In this document: in pieces, positions 38,132 through 53,479 of the stretch | Position numbering within the stretch: position 1 is the stretch's first letter | Layout of the letters: the number at the start of each line of letters is the position of its first letter | Assembly: GCF_009914755.1 (NCBI RefSeq) | Contig: NC_060931.1 | DNA length: 64,000 bases | DNA from: the human T2T-CHM13v2.0 reference genome, Homo sapiens | Direction: 5' to 3' (one strand) | Program-made: the position numbers and the translations under genes | The notes under the pieces: model-generated | Told to the model about the DNA's origin: nothing | Databases searched by the model: none | What the model saw: only the letters and a program-made list of their open reading frames with translations

Positions 38132-41100
38132 GCGAATTGGTGGTTGAAACTAGCCATTGCACTGTTGTTAAATTAGAGAAGTCGCCTAATTTGACCTAAG
38201 TATTCTGGTGATTCCTAAGAGAGCCTGGGCAGGCGATAGGAATACTTGTCTCTTCATCTCCAGCTCGGCATTGTTTTCACTGCACCGAGTCTGCTAATAC
38301 GTTGAAATGCTCTTGAAGAAACCTTCTTCTATTGTCAATATTATTGTCCTTGGAGACATTGTCTCTCTGAATATAATAGAATTTCAAAGCTTACTGATTT
38401 AATCTTTCATGCTTCAAATCCAGACACTGTTCTATTCTAGGTGAAAGATTGCTATTTCTTTATTATTAAAGGAAGAATTGTGTCTTCCTAGCTATAATTA
38501 GTTATATCAGCCTTCACATCAAAAGGGTAGTAATTTTCTGAGCCAGAGCTTTGCAAAGTAGCAAGAAAATAATTTTACAAGTGTCTTTTTCAAGAGCATG
38601 AAAATTATGAGGCTGTAGGTTCAAACTGTTCTGTTGAAAATGTGCCCAAGTTTAACCAGACATAAATTCATATTTTACTTTTTTCTTGTGGGCCTAGCTA
38701 TGTTGCTATGACATTTTATCTCACCTGAAGTCTCCATGAAGAGATGGCTAGATGTAAGGTAAAGTAAAAAAGGAGACAACCTGCAATAAAATTAAGTAGG
38801 TGACATATCTTCAACCGAGAGACAATGAGGGATTTTTTCCCGTAAGTCTTAATGAAGCAATGATAAAGCCTTACTTGTTTTGTCTGTTTACTTTTGCTTC
38901 CCATTCAGTTTCCCTTATTCTCAAACACATCTTTTAAATGTGTCTTTCAAAGCACATTGCTATTTGCATTTTACATTTTCCTATTCAAAATCCTCAGTGG
39001 CTTTGCAAGGGTCTACAGATTCCTTTCTTTTCCCAACCCTCCCAAGTATTTCTTCCTGGATTTCAAGCTTTAAGTGGTACTTCTCTGCAAATTGAATCCA
39101 AATGTGTCTGTCCCAAGCATAGGCCAGGTTTTCCCAGAGGTATTATGTAGAATTACAGTATTTATAAACTCTTAGCAACAGACTTCATTATTGCTGACTG
39201 AACTTTGATTTGGTGAGCAAGTTCTCAACATGCTGATTTTGAATCCATTTTAAGGGTCCAAACCCTTGTGACAATGCAGTGTATGAGACTCCTCAGACTT
39301 ACCTGGCTTCACCTTTGGCAAGTTTCCTAACATCTATGAGAATGGTACTAATCTTCAAGTGGGGATAAATGGCTTTACAGTAGAATTGTTTGAAAATTTG
39401 TTCAGATAACATAGGTAAAATGGCTAGCATAGAGTGGACATACAGTCAGTTGTAGCTGTGACTGTTTCCTGCATTCAAGACTTTCTCTAGCTGGATCCTC
39501 CACCAAGAATTTTGTGTCTCTTACCTTATCATCAGAAATCCTATATTGCCTTGACATTGTGGTATATATCTCAATCCCACCTCCTCCGTAAAACAGCACT
39601 TAATTAGACATAGCCATACAAAGTTTTTAGATCTTTTATGACCATATTTCTCTTTATTTATTAGTAATCAACTTTATTTCTTTCTCAAACTCAACCTTGA
39701 TTTTTTTCTTTAAAACTGATATTTTTGAACAATGGTTTAGACTTTGTTTTGAGCTCCTTGTGGTACTTTGTTTAAAACAATTCAATAATGAATTAAATGA
39801 AGCTTTAATTTTTTAAAAAATAGACAAAACAGCAAAGTTTAGATGGCAGTGAAACAAAACAAGTTGGAATACCCCAAAAATGATTCTGGTCACACTGATT
39901 ATGCAAATAGTTTAATATAAATAATTAGTGATATTTCTTCTTACCATTATAAAAAAAGATATGTTTGCAAAAATATCTCTAATTTTATAAAGCCATATTC
40001 AAAATCGACTAATAATTATCATATTCCTCAAAAACTTTCTCTATGAAACTCCATGTTTATGTGTGTATATAGAGCTTTTTCAAATATTGACTTCTATACC
40101 GTTATCATATTTCTCTTGAGCATTCTCTAACTGCATTTAATACAATTGAATATTTTTTTTAAAATTCAAGAGAATATTATTAGTTCATAAATGATATTCA
40201 GTATCAAAATTAGTGAAACACAGATATAGTGACTATCCACAGAGTATTGGACTATGGTCTGTCATACAGATTGTGAACCCAAGCAGCTCTTCTGCCCTGA
40301 CTCTGGCAAAAGATAAGATATTTATTCTTTGAGGAAATTAAACTGCATTTTAAATTGTAAAAAAGAAAGATTATTCAGGCCTAAATAGCCTTAGGTCACT
40401 CTAAGGTTTTGATTAATGTAAAAGTTTATTCATACGTTTGCTTTTAAAATTTATGCTGTGTTAGATTACAAGTAGATTTTCATGTCTAATATAATATTTT
40501 CCCCAATCTACAATTTTTTTCCAAACTCTGATGTCATTTTTTTCTATCTAATAGACACAAACCCCTTTGTTTAACTTCATTTTTATGTAGAGAAAAAAAA
40601 ACCTTCACATCAAATAAGGGGAATAATAACTAGTATTTTTCTAGTATTTATTTATTTTTTCAGTGAGGGGAATTTTCAGCATAAAGTGAAATTTTTTAGA
40701 AAATAGCAAATGAGAGCTTTTTTGATGCTGTTTTACAAGGTGGTAAAAGTATACAAATTTGGGGACAGTGATATACCTACCTGTGACTAGCTTACAGGTT
40801 TTCTGAAACTTGTACAAAATATTTTGAACATAGTGTATTCACAGTGTTGTGAAAATTGGTTAAGAACTACAGCAAGCAAGATGCCTTTCTCTTCTTGAAA
40901 ATAATTCCAAGAACTGGAAGTTCCATATCCATCTCATTTCTGAAATGAGACCGTCTTCTCAGTAATAGAACAGTGTTCAACAAGTAAAGTGTTTAGATGT
41001 GCCTGTGTGGTCAGATGTATGTTGTATCACAGCATGCATTACTCATGTTGCATATTCTATTCAGAAAGCATGCCTCAGCCATCTGAGTGGAACATATCAA

Positions 41101-42827
41101 CGTGTAAAATTGGAATTACTCTTTAGAACTGAAGCAAGCTTTAATAGTTGCTGCACAAGCTTCTGAGACTAGACACCGTGAATATTCTCTGGGCTATTTC
41201 ATTAACAAATTGTATCTCTGCAGCCTGCATTTCTCTACATATTTATTGAACAGATAATAGGAAATAACTGCTTTTTTGTGAAGTCGTAAATAATATGGCA
41301 GAAGGATATTAAACCCACTGAGATGTGACAGAAGAACTAAAGCTTGTGGGTTTTAGAATTTTATGATACAAGCCTTTTTTTGTTCCATGAGTACATGTAG
41401 AGTAAACAGATATATTTGAATTGTTTATGTGGACAATTATAAATTTGACATTGCAGCTGCTGAAATGAGACTATCTCAAACCCAGAACTCTTTCGTGTAC
41501 TTTTTACTGAAATACCACTTACTGAAGGGCTTTACTAAAGAGGGAGAGAGAGAAAAAAAATCTCTCTTAGCCATATCCATAGTGCAGCTTCAAATGACGC
41601 AAAACCTTTTATGATTATAAAGGTAGTTTTATGGCCATGCTTCTCATAATCACTGTATGGCTCCTATAAAGGTCATAGGAGGGCCCTGGTTTTTCTAGTC
41701 TAACATAGCTTTATCCTGTTTACTGAAATAGTTCCAAGCAGTGCCATGCCGAGATGATACATTACCATTCTTACTGTTATCAGCATGAGAGCTCTTTCAG
41801 TTTGTCTTTTGAGAACTTAGCCGGATTTTACAATTATTTTTAACAGTAAGTGAAGAAAAACTCAAATAGAGATAAAATCACAGAGTTAAGGTTTCAAGTG
41901 GCCTAGGCATTGTACTTGTTTCTTTATTATCACAAACAATTGCCTTGAATTATATTGGTCCATACAATTTGTTGACTCAAATGTTGTTTTCAGTTGTTAC
42001 TGATTAGAGATACATGCCCTGGATATAATCATTTTGGTTTTCTCATTAAAAAGTCATATTGGTCTTGTTCAAATAAGTGTGGGACAGGAGAAAACTGCCT
42101 TGTAGGTGGGTATATCTAAAATAAATTTTGTCCATGGCCAATTATCAGCTGTGTAAATGATAAGTTGTTTAACTTCTCTGAGACTTAGTTTCTTCACCTG
42201 AATAAAGCAAATAAAGGATTCTTGTTTAACAAATTAACTTGAACACATCTCTACCCCCTTTCTGAGTTTCTTATTAAACTAAAAGCAAATGAATTTTGAA
42301 CTGTACAAACCTACAAGGAAAAAGAGACTTAGGGACAGAAGATAACAGCAAATGAATGTTTATTATAAGATTTTTAAAAAATGGCCTGGGAAATATATGG
42401 GCAGTGGCAAATGACTCAGTGGATTAGAAAAGCCAAGAAGACCTAAGTGCTTTTTACAAGGAACACAAAACAGGACACCAAAGGCTCAAAAAGTGGAGAT
42501 ATTTGGTATTTTGGAAGACATGAGTGGGTAATGACTTAAAGGTCGTTATAGGGAAGAGCTAGACCTTGCGATCCCACTGACTCACCTCTGCATCCACGCA
42601 ATCGCTCTTCGCAGATTCTGGCAAAAGTTAAGGTGTTTATTCTTTGGGAAAATCCAAGAAAACCTTTGAAGGAAGAGAACAGAGGTGACGCACCATACTG
42701 AAAATAAGAGTATTTACAGAAGGCATACTTAATATTTTGTGTGTGACTGGATGTATCTCTAGAATAAAAGAAAGCAATGTGCATGAGAATGAGTTTCTCT
42801 GGTAAATAGTTTAAATATAATAGAAAA

Positions 42828-42828
42828 C

Positions 42829-42884
<56 letters not shown>

Positions 42885-42952
42885 GTATGTATATATATTT
42901 AATTTAGTTGAAAACACACCCCCCACAGACACACACACACACACATATATAT
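42828..42952. repeat. (TA)n(CA)n compound microsatellite
   Basis: Direct inspection. Confidence 0.9.
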
Positions 42953-44013
42953 AATTCTGACACAGATCATTATATGCCAGCTGTGTTCTAAGTATCTCAC
43001 AAATATTAACTCATATAATCCCCAATATCACCTTATAAGGTGGTGTTATTTACTTCTATCTTATGGACTTCTATCTTCAGATATCTTATGTTATGGACTT
43101 CTCTCTTCAGATTCACTTAACCCTTCTAATCCAATCTCTGATCTTGTCACTGTCTAGTTAAAAACTAGTCCCTAAAAACTCTCTGTATACAATAAAACTG
43201 AAACTTTAAATTTTGGCATACATGATCCTTCATTGTCTACAAACCAGTCACAGGGAATTTCTTTTCATGGGCCAAAGTCTGTCATAATGATTTGCCTTTA
43301 CACACACTGTTCCTTCTAGCTTTTACTCTTTGAAATCTTGTGTACTTCACAGGTTTTTACTGTGTCTCCAAATCTCAGTTTTTACTTCTTCTTTGATTCC
43401 TTTCCTGACTCCCTCAAGAGGGAACACTGAGTACTTTACTTCCATGCTTGCAGAACACCTCAGACATGTCCCTATGATAGCACTGATGGCACTATCACTG
43501 TACTCCTGAGAGAGGGGATGGGACGGAGGAAAAGATAGAATCACGTTAGTAACACACAATGTTAATTTTATAATGAAATGCTTTAAAAATATGTAAATAA
43601 AGGATAAATGTTCTATTAAAAACTAAGTTACTTGTGTTAGTCTAAAATTGCAAAAATTATAGGATAATATGAACAAATACAATCATACAACTGGTAATTA
43701 TATTTCAGTTAGTAGCACACCATATGTTATTTACAGAATCTAATGACAATGAAGAACAATTTAACTTGATTTATCCTCCATTATATTTTTCTTTAAAAGA
43801 ATTTTTTTTCTTTTATTAAGATAATTGGCATCTGTCAACTATAATTTGCAAAATACTTATATAAATGTCTGGCTCACAACATGCAGAATAATATATTCAG
43901 AAGATTGAGTCTGTTTCTGTGCCTTTATTTCATACTATAGAATCAATTTGGTAAATATAATTGTGTTTAATGTGATTAAAGAAAAACTAATGTGGATTAT
44001 AGAAAGCTATATA

Positions 44014-44459
<446 letters not shown>

Positions 44460-44948
44460 TTAAGTTGGCAAATATCTTAGATTGTGTTCTCATTTTCATG
44501 ACATATACGGTTTGTTTCCTTTTCTATATTTAGGTTCCTGATTAACAGAGTGTAGACATATGCTGCATCTTCCTATTAGCAAAACTGTGCTCTTTAAGGA
44601 TTTTTGCTGACATAAGCAGAATTTTTGTGGCATCTTAATAAAAATGCTATTTTAAAGGAGGTATTTTGCACAGTTTTGTAAATAATTATCCAAATTGCCT
44701 TTGTTATAAAAATCAGAAAAGAAGAATAGAAATAGTTTAAACATTTGCCAACACTTTTCATTACAATGATAGTAAGAATTTTAATTATAGAGGCAATTGG
44801 GATAGAATAGGACATTGAGGAAATAGCATTAATCTGAGGAAGACTGGGAGTGAGCCCAGAGTTTGCAAAATGCCTCCTTTTAATAAAAGCAATGACTAAT
44901 ATTTATTAACCACAACATTACAGTAACTATTCTGAATGGATTTTCTCC

Positions 44949-45808
44949 TTTTTTAACTTCTATTTTAAGTTCAGGGGTACGTGTGCTGGTTTGTTACATA
45001 GGTATACTTATGTCATGGGGGTTTCTTGCACAGATTGTTTCATCATCCAGGTATTAAGCCTAGTACTCATTAGTTATTTTTTCTGATCTTCCTCCCCCAC
45101 CCTCTACCCTCCAAAAGGCCCCAGTGTGTGGTGTTTCCCTCTATGTGTCCATGTTTTCTCATCATTTAGCTTCCACTTATAAGTGAGAACATGCTGTATT
45201 TGTTTTCTGTTCCTGTGTTAGTTTGCTAAGGATAATGGCCTCTAGCTCCATCCATGTCCCTGCAAAGGACATGGTCTCAATTTTTTTCTTTTATATTTTG
45301 AGATGGAGTTTAGCTCTTGTTCCCTAGACTGGAGTGCAATGGCACAATCTCGGCTCACCACAACCTCCACCTCCTGGGTTCAAACAATTCTCCTGCCTCA
45401 GCCTCATGAGTAGCTGGGATAACAGGCATGCAACATCATGCCTGGCTAATTTTGTATTTTTAATAGAGATGGGGGACTTTCTCCATGTTGGTCAGCCTGG
45501 TCTCAAACTCCTGACCTCAGATGATCTGCCCACTTCGGCCTCCCAAAATGCTGGGATTACAGGCATGAGCCACTGTGCCTGGCCCTTAGGTATTTTTTTT
45601 TAAATGACCGCGTAGTATTCCATGGTGTATATGCACCACATTCTCTTTATCCAGTGTGTCATTATTGATGGGCATTTAGGTTGATTTTATGTCTTTATTA
45701 TTGTGAGTAGTGTTGCAATGAACATGCACATACATGTGTTTTTATAACAGAAAGATTTATATTCCTTTGAGTATATACCCAGTAATGCGATTGCTGGGTC
45801 AAACGATA
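44949..45808 (-). mobile_element. L1PA13-like 3' end, antisense, interrupted by AluSp
   Basis: ttttaagttcaggggtac..gtcatgggggttt..cagattgtttcatc..; resumes after the Alu with tagtattccatggtgtatatg. Confidence 0.85.
45281..45584 (-). mobile_element. AluSp-like
   Basis: gagtttagctcttgtt, gcaatggc and ttctccatgttggtcag diagnostics. Confidence 0.9.
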
Positions 45809-47294
45809 TACAACAGGTAATTTTTAGCCACATTTTATAAGAAAAGCAAACTGACTCAGAATTGGAAAGTATTTACTGAGTTCATGCAGCTAGCGAGTGA
45901 TTTGTAGAAGATATCTGGAAAGGATATTTGATTCAGATTTTGATCTTTCTAAATTGACATTCATGGCTATGGCGACAAAAATTCATACATTCAGCCTCAA
46001 AGAATTACTTGAATTCTTCACTATTTTTCCCAGGTGTTGTTCACGGCCTAACTCCTTCAGTAATAGTTCTAGCTTAGCCTTGAGTGAGTGAGCATAAAGA
46101 GGCATTATCATCCATGACATTACAGAAGGTAACACTCAGATACATAGATATTGGTAGTCCTAGAAATAATAGCCACAAAATAAGTTGGATTTGGAGATAC
46201 AGGTGGATTAATGGGTAGTTGGCCTACTGTTCACCAACTATTTTAAGATCAAAAAGGAAAACTTGTGACTTTTTTTAAAAAAAAGACTGATGACATCCTT
46301 CCCAACATTTGTTGCAGATCTGACTTCTAGCTCTGACAGCATTACCCATTCTAGAAGCATCTCTAATGTGACAGTTTAACCACTGTGAGTGCTTTTCCAT
46401 TGCAGGAATCCGATGATGTGGATTTACGTAGGGAGTCTGTTGATCCACTTGGAACTTTATTAACCCCATGGCGCCCATGGGGCCAAACATTGTCTGCTCT
46501 ATTTCACACTTTCATTTTTCTTTGTGATCTCATGAAATTTTCTTTATCTGGCTTGCCATAAAAGTTGTATTGAAACATATTTAGATAAGAGATGCTTGTG
46601 GTATGGAAATTTAGGTTGCTAATACTGACTGGGAAATTTATCTTAAACAAATTGATTGATAAAGATAGTTGTTCATCTTATTATCATAATAGATAAAATA
46701 TTTCTATTGTATATGTATATAAATGTATGCATGACAATTAAATAGATAATAGGCAGCTTGTTTCATTATAAAGGTAAAGACATTTTGGGAAGGAAAGCCT
46801 TTGTTATTCAATTTTTTTGTGAAAAGAAATATTATTAAAATTTTAAAACTACATTGTGATAATTTTAAACATAGAAAGCATAGTTATAGTTGACTTAAAC
46901 CCGATTTTCCATGTCTCCCTCTTTCCTTTCAGTTAGTAGCAGAAAGATCTGAATGGCAAGGATGGAATGACGCCTTGAAGTAGTAGCAGCTGGGGCTGTG
47001 TTGAGTGCCATAGGCTGCCTTGTTGGTAGTTTCCAAATTACTTCTAGTTCTGTCTCTGCTGGTAGAATACTGAAGCATTGCTCTTCTTTAGAAAACTCTG
47101 CTCAAGATGTCTCCTGGGATTTTTTTTTTTTTTTTTGTAGATTTAAAGAACAGTATCCTTCTTTGGAAACATGCAATATTTTTAGAATCCTGTGATATTC
47201 TACTGTAAGACATAAGCCAACAGTTTATACATCCCTGTCCAGGAAGTTGAATAATAAGTAATCCTGGGAATTTAAACCTCTATTTTAAACCTTT

Positions 47295-47531
47295 GTAAGG
47301 ACACTTTTATTTCTTCAGTATAAATACAAAAAAGAAAAAAAAGCCAACATCATCTGAGCTTCTACTTGCTTCAAAAAGAGTTCTATACTAGGGTTTAAAA
47401 AATCAACAAATACAGTAAGGACACTTTTATTTCTTCAGTGTAAATACAAAAAAAAAAAAGCCAACATCATTTGAGCTTCTACTTGCTTCAAAAAGAGTCC
47501 TATACTAGGGTTTAAAAAATCAACAAATACA
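47295..47531. repeat. Head-to-tail tandem duplication (120 + 117 bp)
   Basis: Copy 1 is 47295-47414, copy 2 is 47415-47531; they differ by three substitutions plus an A-tract difference. Confidence 0.95.
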
Positions 47532-47629
47532 GGAGGAAAGAGAAATATTCAGATTCAGTGAATTTATTTCTTTTTGAAATTACTTTTGTACAAAATGTAT
47601 AGGAAATATGTTTATTTTCAAAATGCATT

Positions 47630-47721
47630 GAACCCGGGAGGTGGAGCTTGCAGTGAGCCGAGATCGCACCACTGCACCCCAGCCTGGGTGACAGAGCAAG
47701 ACTCCATCTCAAAAAAAAAAA
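47630..47721 (+). mobile_element. Heavily 5'-truncated AluY (3' ~80 nt + A tail)
   Basis: gaacccgggaggtggagcttgcagtgagccgagatcgc..; TSD aaaatgcatt at 47620-47629 and 47722-47731. Confidence 0.92.
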
Positions 47722-49140
47722 AAAATGCATTTTTTTGGTTAGATTAAGGCAAAGAGAAAAGATAATATGGTTCTCTTTTTTTCCCTAACTCTAGGTTAAA
47801 AGACTAATTAGTAAAATTGATAATGTATGGACAGTGTGGGAGAATAAATGTGTAATCAAATTAGTGCTTAGTAATAATTTGGCATTTCATACATTTTATT
47901 GTGTTTATACCATGTTACCATAAAGAATAAATTATAAATCATATTTTATGCACAGATAAACAGACTTTAGAGGCTTAACTGGTCATTCATACAGCTAATA
48001 TATGTCAGGGCCCGTATAAGCGATGGATCTGTATACAACATAAAGGTTGCCTGAATGATTACAAATTTGTTGTCTCTATAGTATAATATTACAATGCAAA
48101 GCAGTGAATAATGGTAGTCCATTGTCAAGATAAAGGTTATGTAACTTGAAATCTATAGTAGTCTCTACATAGATGTGGATGAATCCACATTGAATATGAA
48201 AGTATACAAAATGTTATTTAAAAAAATTTAGTATGTTAAATTTCATCTCCTCATTAGCTGTTATACCTTGCAAGCTTAAGTCACAGAGCTCTTTCTTTAC
48301 TGAAATAATGCATGTTATCACCACTGAAACTTTTTTTTTTAAAAGAAAGCATGCACAGCACACACATGCACACATACACACACATCTATGGAAGATATAA
48401 AAAGTACAATTGTTGAAAGATATATGGAAGTAAATTATCAATTTACCAACTGATTACAGCTTAGTTCAACTTAAATTGCTTTGTAAAGGGAAAAAAAAGC
48501 ATCTATTAATATGATTTATTTCAGATCCATGCAAGCTTGAAAGAATCGAATCTCTCTGAGCATTTCATTAGGGTTCCTGCTGTCTTCCACGTTCCCCACC
48601 ACCATTCATTGACAGGCTTAACTCTCAACCACAAAGGGAGAGTTTGAACAGACCCAAGAGTTTTCTGTGGGAATTTGTGCATCTGTGGGAAACAGTACTT
48701 GACTTCATATTTACTAAACTTGAATCTGAAAAATCCTTTTTCTACATAGCATGGATGCTTCTCAGTGTCTCTAGGCGGTTAAGCCCTAAGGGTATCTTTA
48801 GGGTAACACAGTGGAACCGGAAACAATGTAAACCTTGAATTTTCCACAGGAAAGCAAAGGGCTAAGGATCAGAATGACACCTACATTGTATACTTCTCCA
48901 GTGAATCTCGGTGTCGATTATTTTGCCAGATACAGAAAATAACACACGTAGTGCCTATGAAATTTTCAACAAATTCTGGTGCCACCCTTATGGGATAGTC
49001 CCTAAAGCCCCCAGAAAGTCAGTCACTTGAAATAGTTCCCCTCTATCAGCATACTGTAAATTTCATAGTCATAAATCATTGTTGTCAATGTAGGGAAAGT
49101 CAAGCAGTGAGACACGAAATGTTTTGTGGTTTTTCCATAA

Positions 49141-49143
<3 letters not shown>

Positions 49144-49191
<48 letters not shown>
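49144..49191. repeat. (GT)24 microsatellite
   Basis: Direct inspection. Confidence 0.95.
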
Positions 49192-49196
<5 letters not shown>

Positions 49197-50204
49197 TTGA
49201 GATTTTTAAGACATAGTGAGATGGACTAAAAATTTGATCCATTGAAAACTGATGAAAATTGAAGGTGATTGAATCTTTAGGTAACATTTCCAAAGGTGTT
49301 TGTGGATGTATCAGAATTCCAGATTTCTGGAGGGAGGAGGCACACATTGAAACATAAAGAAGGAAAGTATACAAAAACAAATTCATACATACCTTAAACA
49401 TTCATTGATGGTGCTCAAAGTAGGAAAAGGTGGAAATATTTGTTTATTCCAAAAAACTAAATACATTCATGGTTCGTAATAGATCATAAAAAACTAAAAT
49501 TTGGCGTTTATCTTCCATTTTAGAAACCTAAAAGAAAAAACTATACTCTTTTACATTTGCCTTAACATTTCTGTCAAGAGTTGGAAATCCAGGTGCTTCT
49601 GCTTTCTGTACTACTTTTCTTTGCGCCTATTAAAACTCCAATTTTGCTTTGAGAGAAAGAAGAATGATTCTACTTCTCAGAATATTTAGCTAGCTATGTG
49701 ATGCAGAGGCAATTTTCAGATTTACATTCTTATCACTGCTTCTGTAAGCTCAATTATTTTAACAAGGTCTTTCCAATTTCCCCTAATGTTTTTCATAACT
49801 ACCTTGAACTTACATTTAAATCAAAACTCATTTGTGAAATAACTCATTTCTCCTAGACTTTTGAAGCTTTCAGCATCACACGTGTAGGAAGTTACTGTTT
49901 CTATGTGTAAAAGTTTGGTATAAATGTTTCCTTTTTATTCCAATGGATTTATTAAGTGTTAGCCAAAGCCACTCATGTAAATTTTAGGTTTGCATTTTTA
50001 TTAGTTTATTTGCAATTTGTGTTGACATATTGGCCACTTATTCTGATTACGATGAAAAAAGACTAAACTAAGCCTTTAAAACAGGTGTACTAGAAGTGTC
50101 CATGTGTAAATTTTTTCATTTGACCAAGAATGATATCTTTTTTTTGTTGTACTGAATTATTGTACTTTATGTGAAGGAAAAAAAATCAGATTGTGACATC
50201 CTAA

Positions 50205-50508
<304 letters not shown>

Positions 50509-53479
50509 CTAATTGCAGATAATTTTTATGAATCATTTATATATTCAACACTTTATTGAACAGAAGTATTATATATATCAAACTTCTTCAATAAACTGTT
50601 AGGAACACTTTGACCTGCTTTTATTATGAGTTGTAAATATTCTGAAAAAAACATCAAAATGATGGCATCAAATTCTCTAACATATGCATTAATTGTAAAT
50701 TAGGTAATTTTTGTATTAATATTTCATTAACCTTTACAATATTTCAACCACTATGTATATATATGTATCATACCTAACTCATGTCAATTGTGTCTTTAAT
50801 TATTAATTGTGTCTTTAATTATTACATTTAATTTTTACATTTTTCTCCAAAAAAGGAATGCATTTTTCTGTATTCAGTGTGAATTATGTATCTTTTACCA
50901 ACAACATCTCATTCTAATTAAAAGTACCTATTACATTATTTAGTTCTAATATACCTTATTAGTTACTAGTTACCCAAAATTTAAGGATAGGTTTAGAATA
51001 CTGCAAAGTACAACAAATTGGTTTTCATCCTTATACTTCATCCGCATTTGATTTGTGTAACTCTATGATATGGCTGAGATTGCAGTACATGGCTTCAGAA
51101 ATTAAATTGTCTTTAGAGATTATTGCTTCTGTGCATGTGTAATTAAGTGTACTCATTATTGTCTATAAAGCCGTAAAACCCCACAGTTTTATGGGAAGAA
51201 TATAAAGCCAATGATTTCAAATCAATCAGTTGGAGAGAATTCTGAGATGTTCCAACAATTAGTTTTGTGAAAAACTTTAAGATACACAATCTTCCTGCAG
51301 TCAGCCTAGATAGATAAAGTAGTAAAGGCTCTGCCATATTAATTAAACAAGCATTCATTAAGCACCTGCTGTGTATTTGCCACCATGTTCTCTAAGGTGT
51401 GAGGGTTGATGTCAGAGATGTCAGAGGGTTATGAAATGTTAGATTTGAAAAGAATTTTAGAGTAAATCTTGTCTAATTTTTATTCTTTATTGCTGAGACC
51501 TGGAAAATGCAAGTGGCTTCAGTTCTCACATCTAAAATTAGTATCAACACTAGAGTTAGAATGCACAAGAGAAAACAAAATTATATTGAGTGGACCTAAG
51601 AGTCAGAGTGGGTGTTGGGTTGACTACAAATAGTAAAGTGTAAACTGTACAAATTACATAGTGATGCCATAGGAAGCAAAGTCAAAGAATGATTACATGT
51701 AAAATTTGATTTATATCACTAAGTCTAGATCATAATCCTAGGCTCTTTCAGAAATAATGTCAAATACTCTCATTGATTCTATATGAAAGGTGAATAGCAT
51801 TCTCTGTGAATTGGGGCACTCATAATGACCAAAACTGTGCTGAATCAATACTTTTATAATACTTTAATAAATTATAACATCAGTCACAACACTTATGTGT
51901 TTGGCAACATATTTATTTGCTTTGATAGCATTGTTACTTGTTCATTTGGCCTGGAAAATTCCTTGAAATAACTCCATGGTGTTCTAAATCCAGAGATTGA
52001 GAACCAAATAAAATCTGATGAGAAAGTTTTTTCTTCAGTGGTGTGTTTAACATTTTAGTGCTTCAGGATTAACTTCCAGGTCTCATGTTATGAAGAAATA
52101 CCAGGAACGAAATACTTTTTACCAATATAAACAAATGAAGTTCATATTGAATACTAGCATATCAGATTCAGAAGATGGCTTTTCACATGTTTGTACTGAT
52201 CTTTGGAACAATGCATTAAACATTTAGAAACAAATAGAACATCATTCACTTGTTGGGTGAATAGGAAGATTAAACATAGCAATAGGAAGATTAAACAAAC
52301 TAACCTTATGGTAAACTTCAAATATTGTAAAGATGATTTGTAGTTTAAAATATTCACTTATAATTTTGTTCTATTATCATCACTACAATTCAACAGATTT
52401 GCTCAGTTTTCCTTTCACCTATTACTTCTCACTCCTCTCCTTCCCTATCATAGTTTTACTACATGGAAGCATCAGAGCGTTTAATTTTATATTTTCTAAG
52501 CTGCGTTTCCTTCCCATTAAGCTAGCTAATAGAGATGACTCTATTATCTTTCTTCCTGAATGAACTCTAAGTTTGCTATTTGGTTTTTTTCTTATTTCCT
52601 CTAAAGCCTTCTAAAATAATCTCAGGCATCCCTCCAGAATCATTGTGGAGTAACAAGGGCATAGCTATGGAGGTACTTTTTATTTTTAATAGACAAGTAG
52701 AAAAAATTACACATTTTCAAACAAATATCAAGTAAAAAATGGGACACATACCTTGCATTTACTCTTCTATCACATATACTTTCTATATTAGAATAGACAT
52801 TCTTATTAACATTAGGCACAGGCTCTGGGAATTGAAATTTATTCATACAGTAGATAATCTTTTAGACATATTGGTTATGAAAAGGAAGGAGAATTGGATA
52901 CAGTAACCCAGAAGCAAGTTCTTTTTCTGCTTCTAAAGGCAGGTCAAAATAAATAACACTCTTGCCGATATATCTAAAACATACCATGTTTTTACCTCTT
53001 CTTCATTTAAGCCATTGAAACAACACAGTAATTTCAAACATTTCGGAATCATTTCAAAAATATTGTTAAGATAATTAGATAGCCAAGAAGATAAGTTGTG
53101 TCAAGAAACTAAAGATACAATTTAATGTAATTATGGTATTTTTTCCATTCTTAATATAAACATTTTGCCATCCATTTAACATAGTAGAAGCCATATAATC
53201 AATATTATATTTTATGTTTTTAATCTATATATTCTAATTAGTATCATGCTGCTTTTAAAGCCATGCAGTTTTTTGTTTTTTGTTCTTCTTTAACATGCAG
53301 AGTTTAGTTGGTTAGCATTGAATGGTAGAGAACGTATATTAGTTTAGGCCTATGAAAATGCAAAAGTGCAAGATTGTTATTAATTTGATTTAAATAAATA
53401 CTGAAATTAAAATATATTGAGTCACTCAGTTTACCTGAGTGGTCCTGTTTCATCTTGCGCTTGTCAGTTGGTACCACTT

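Noticed and set aside
42250-42760. Possible HAL1/old L1 5' fragment with two TGACTCA motifs
   Set aside because: Too diverged to call by eye; needs a Dfam search.
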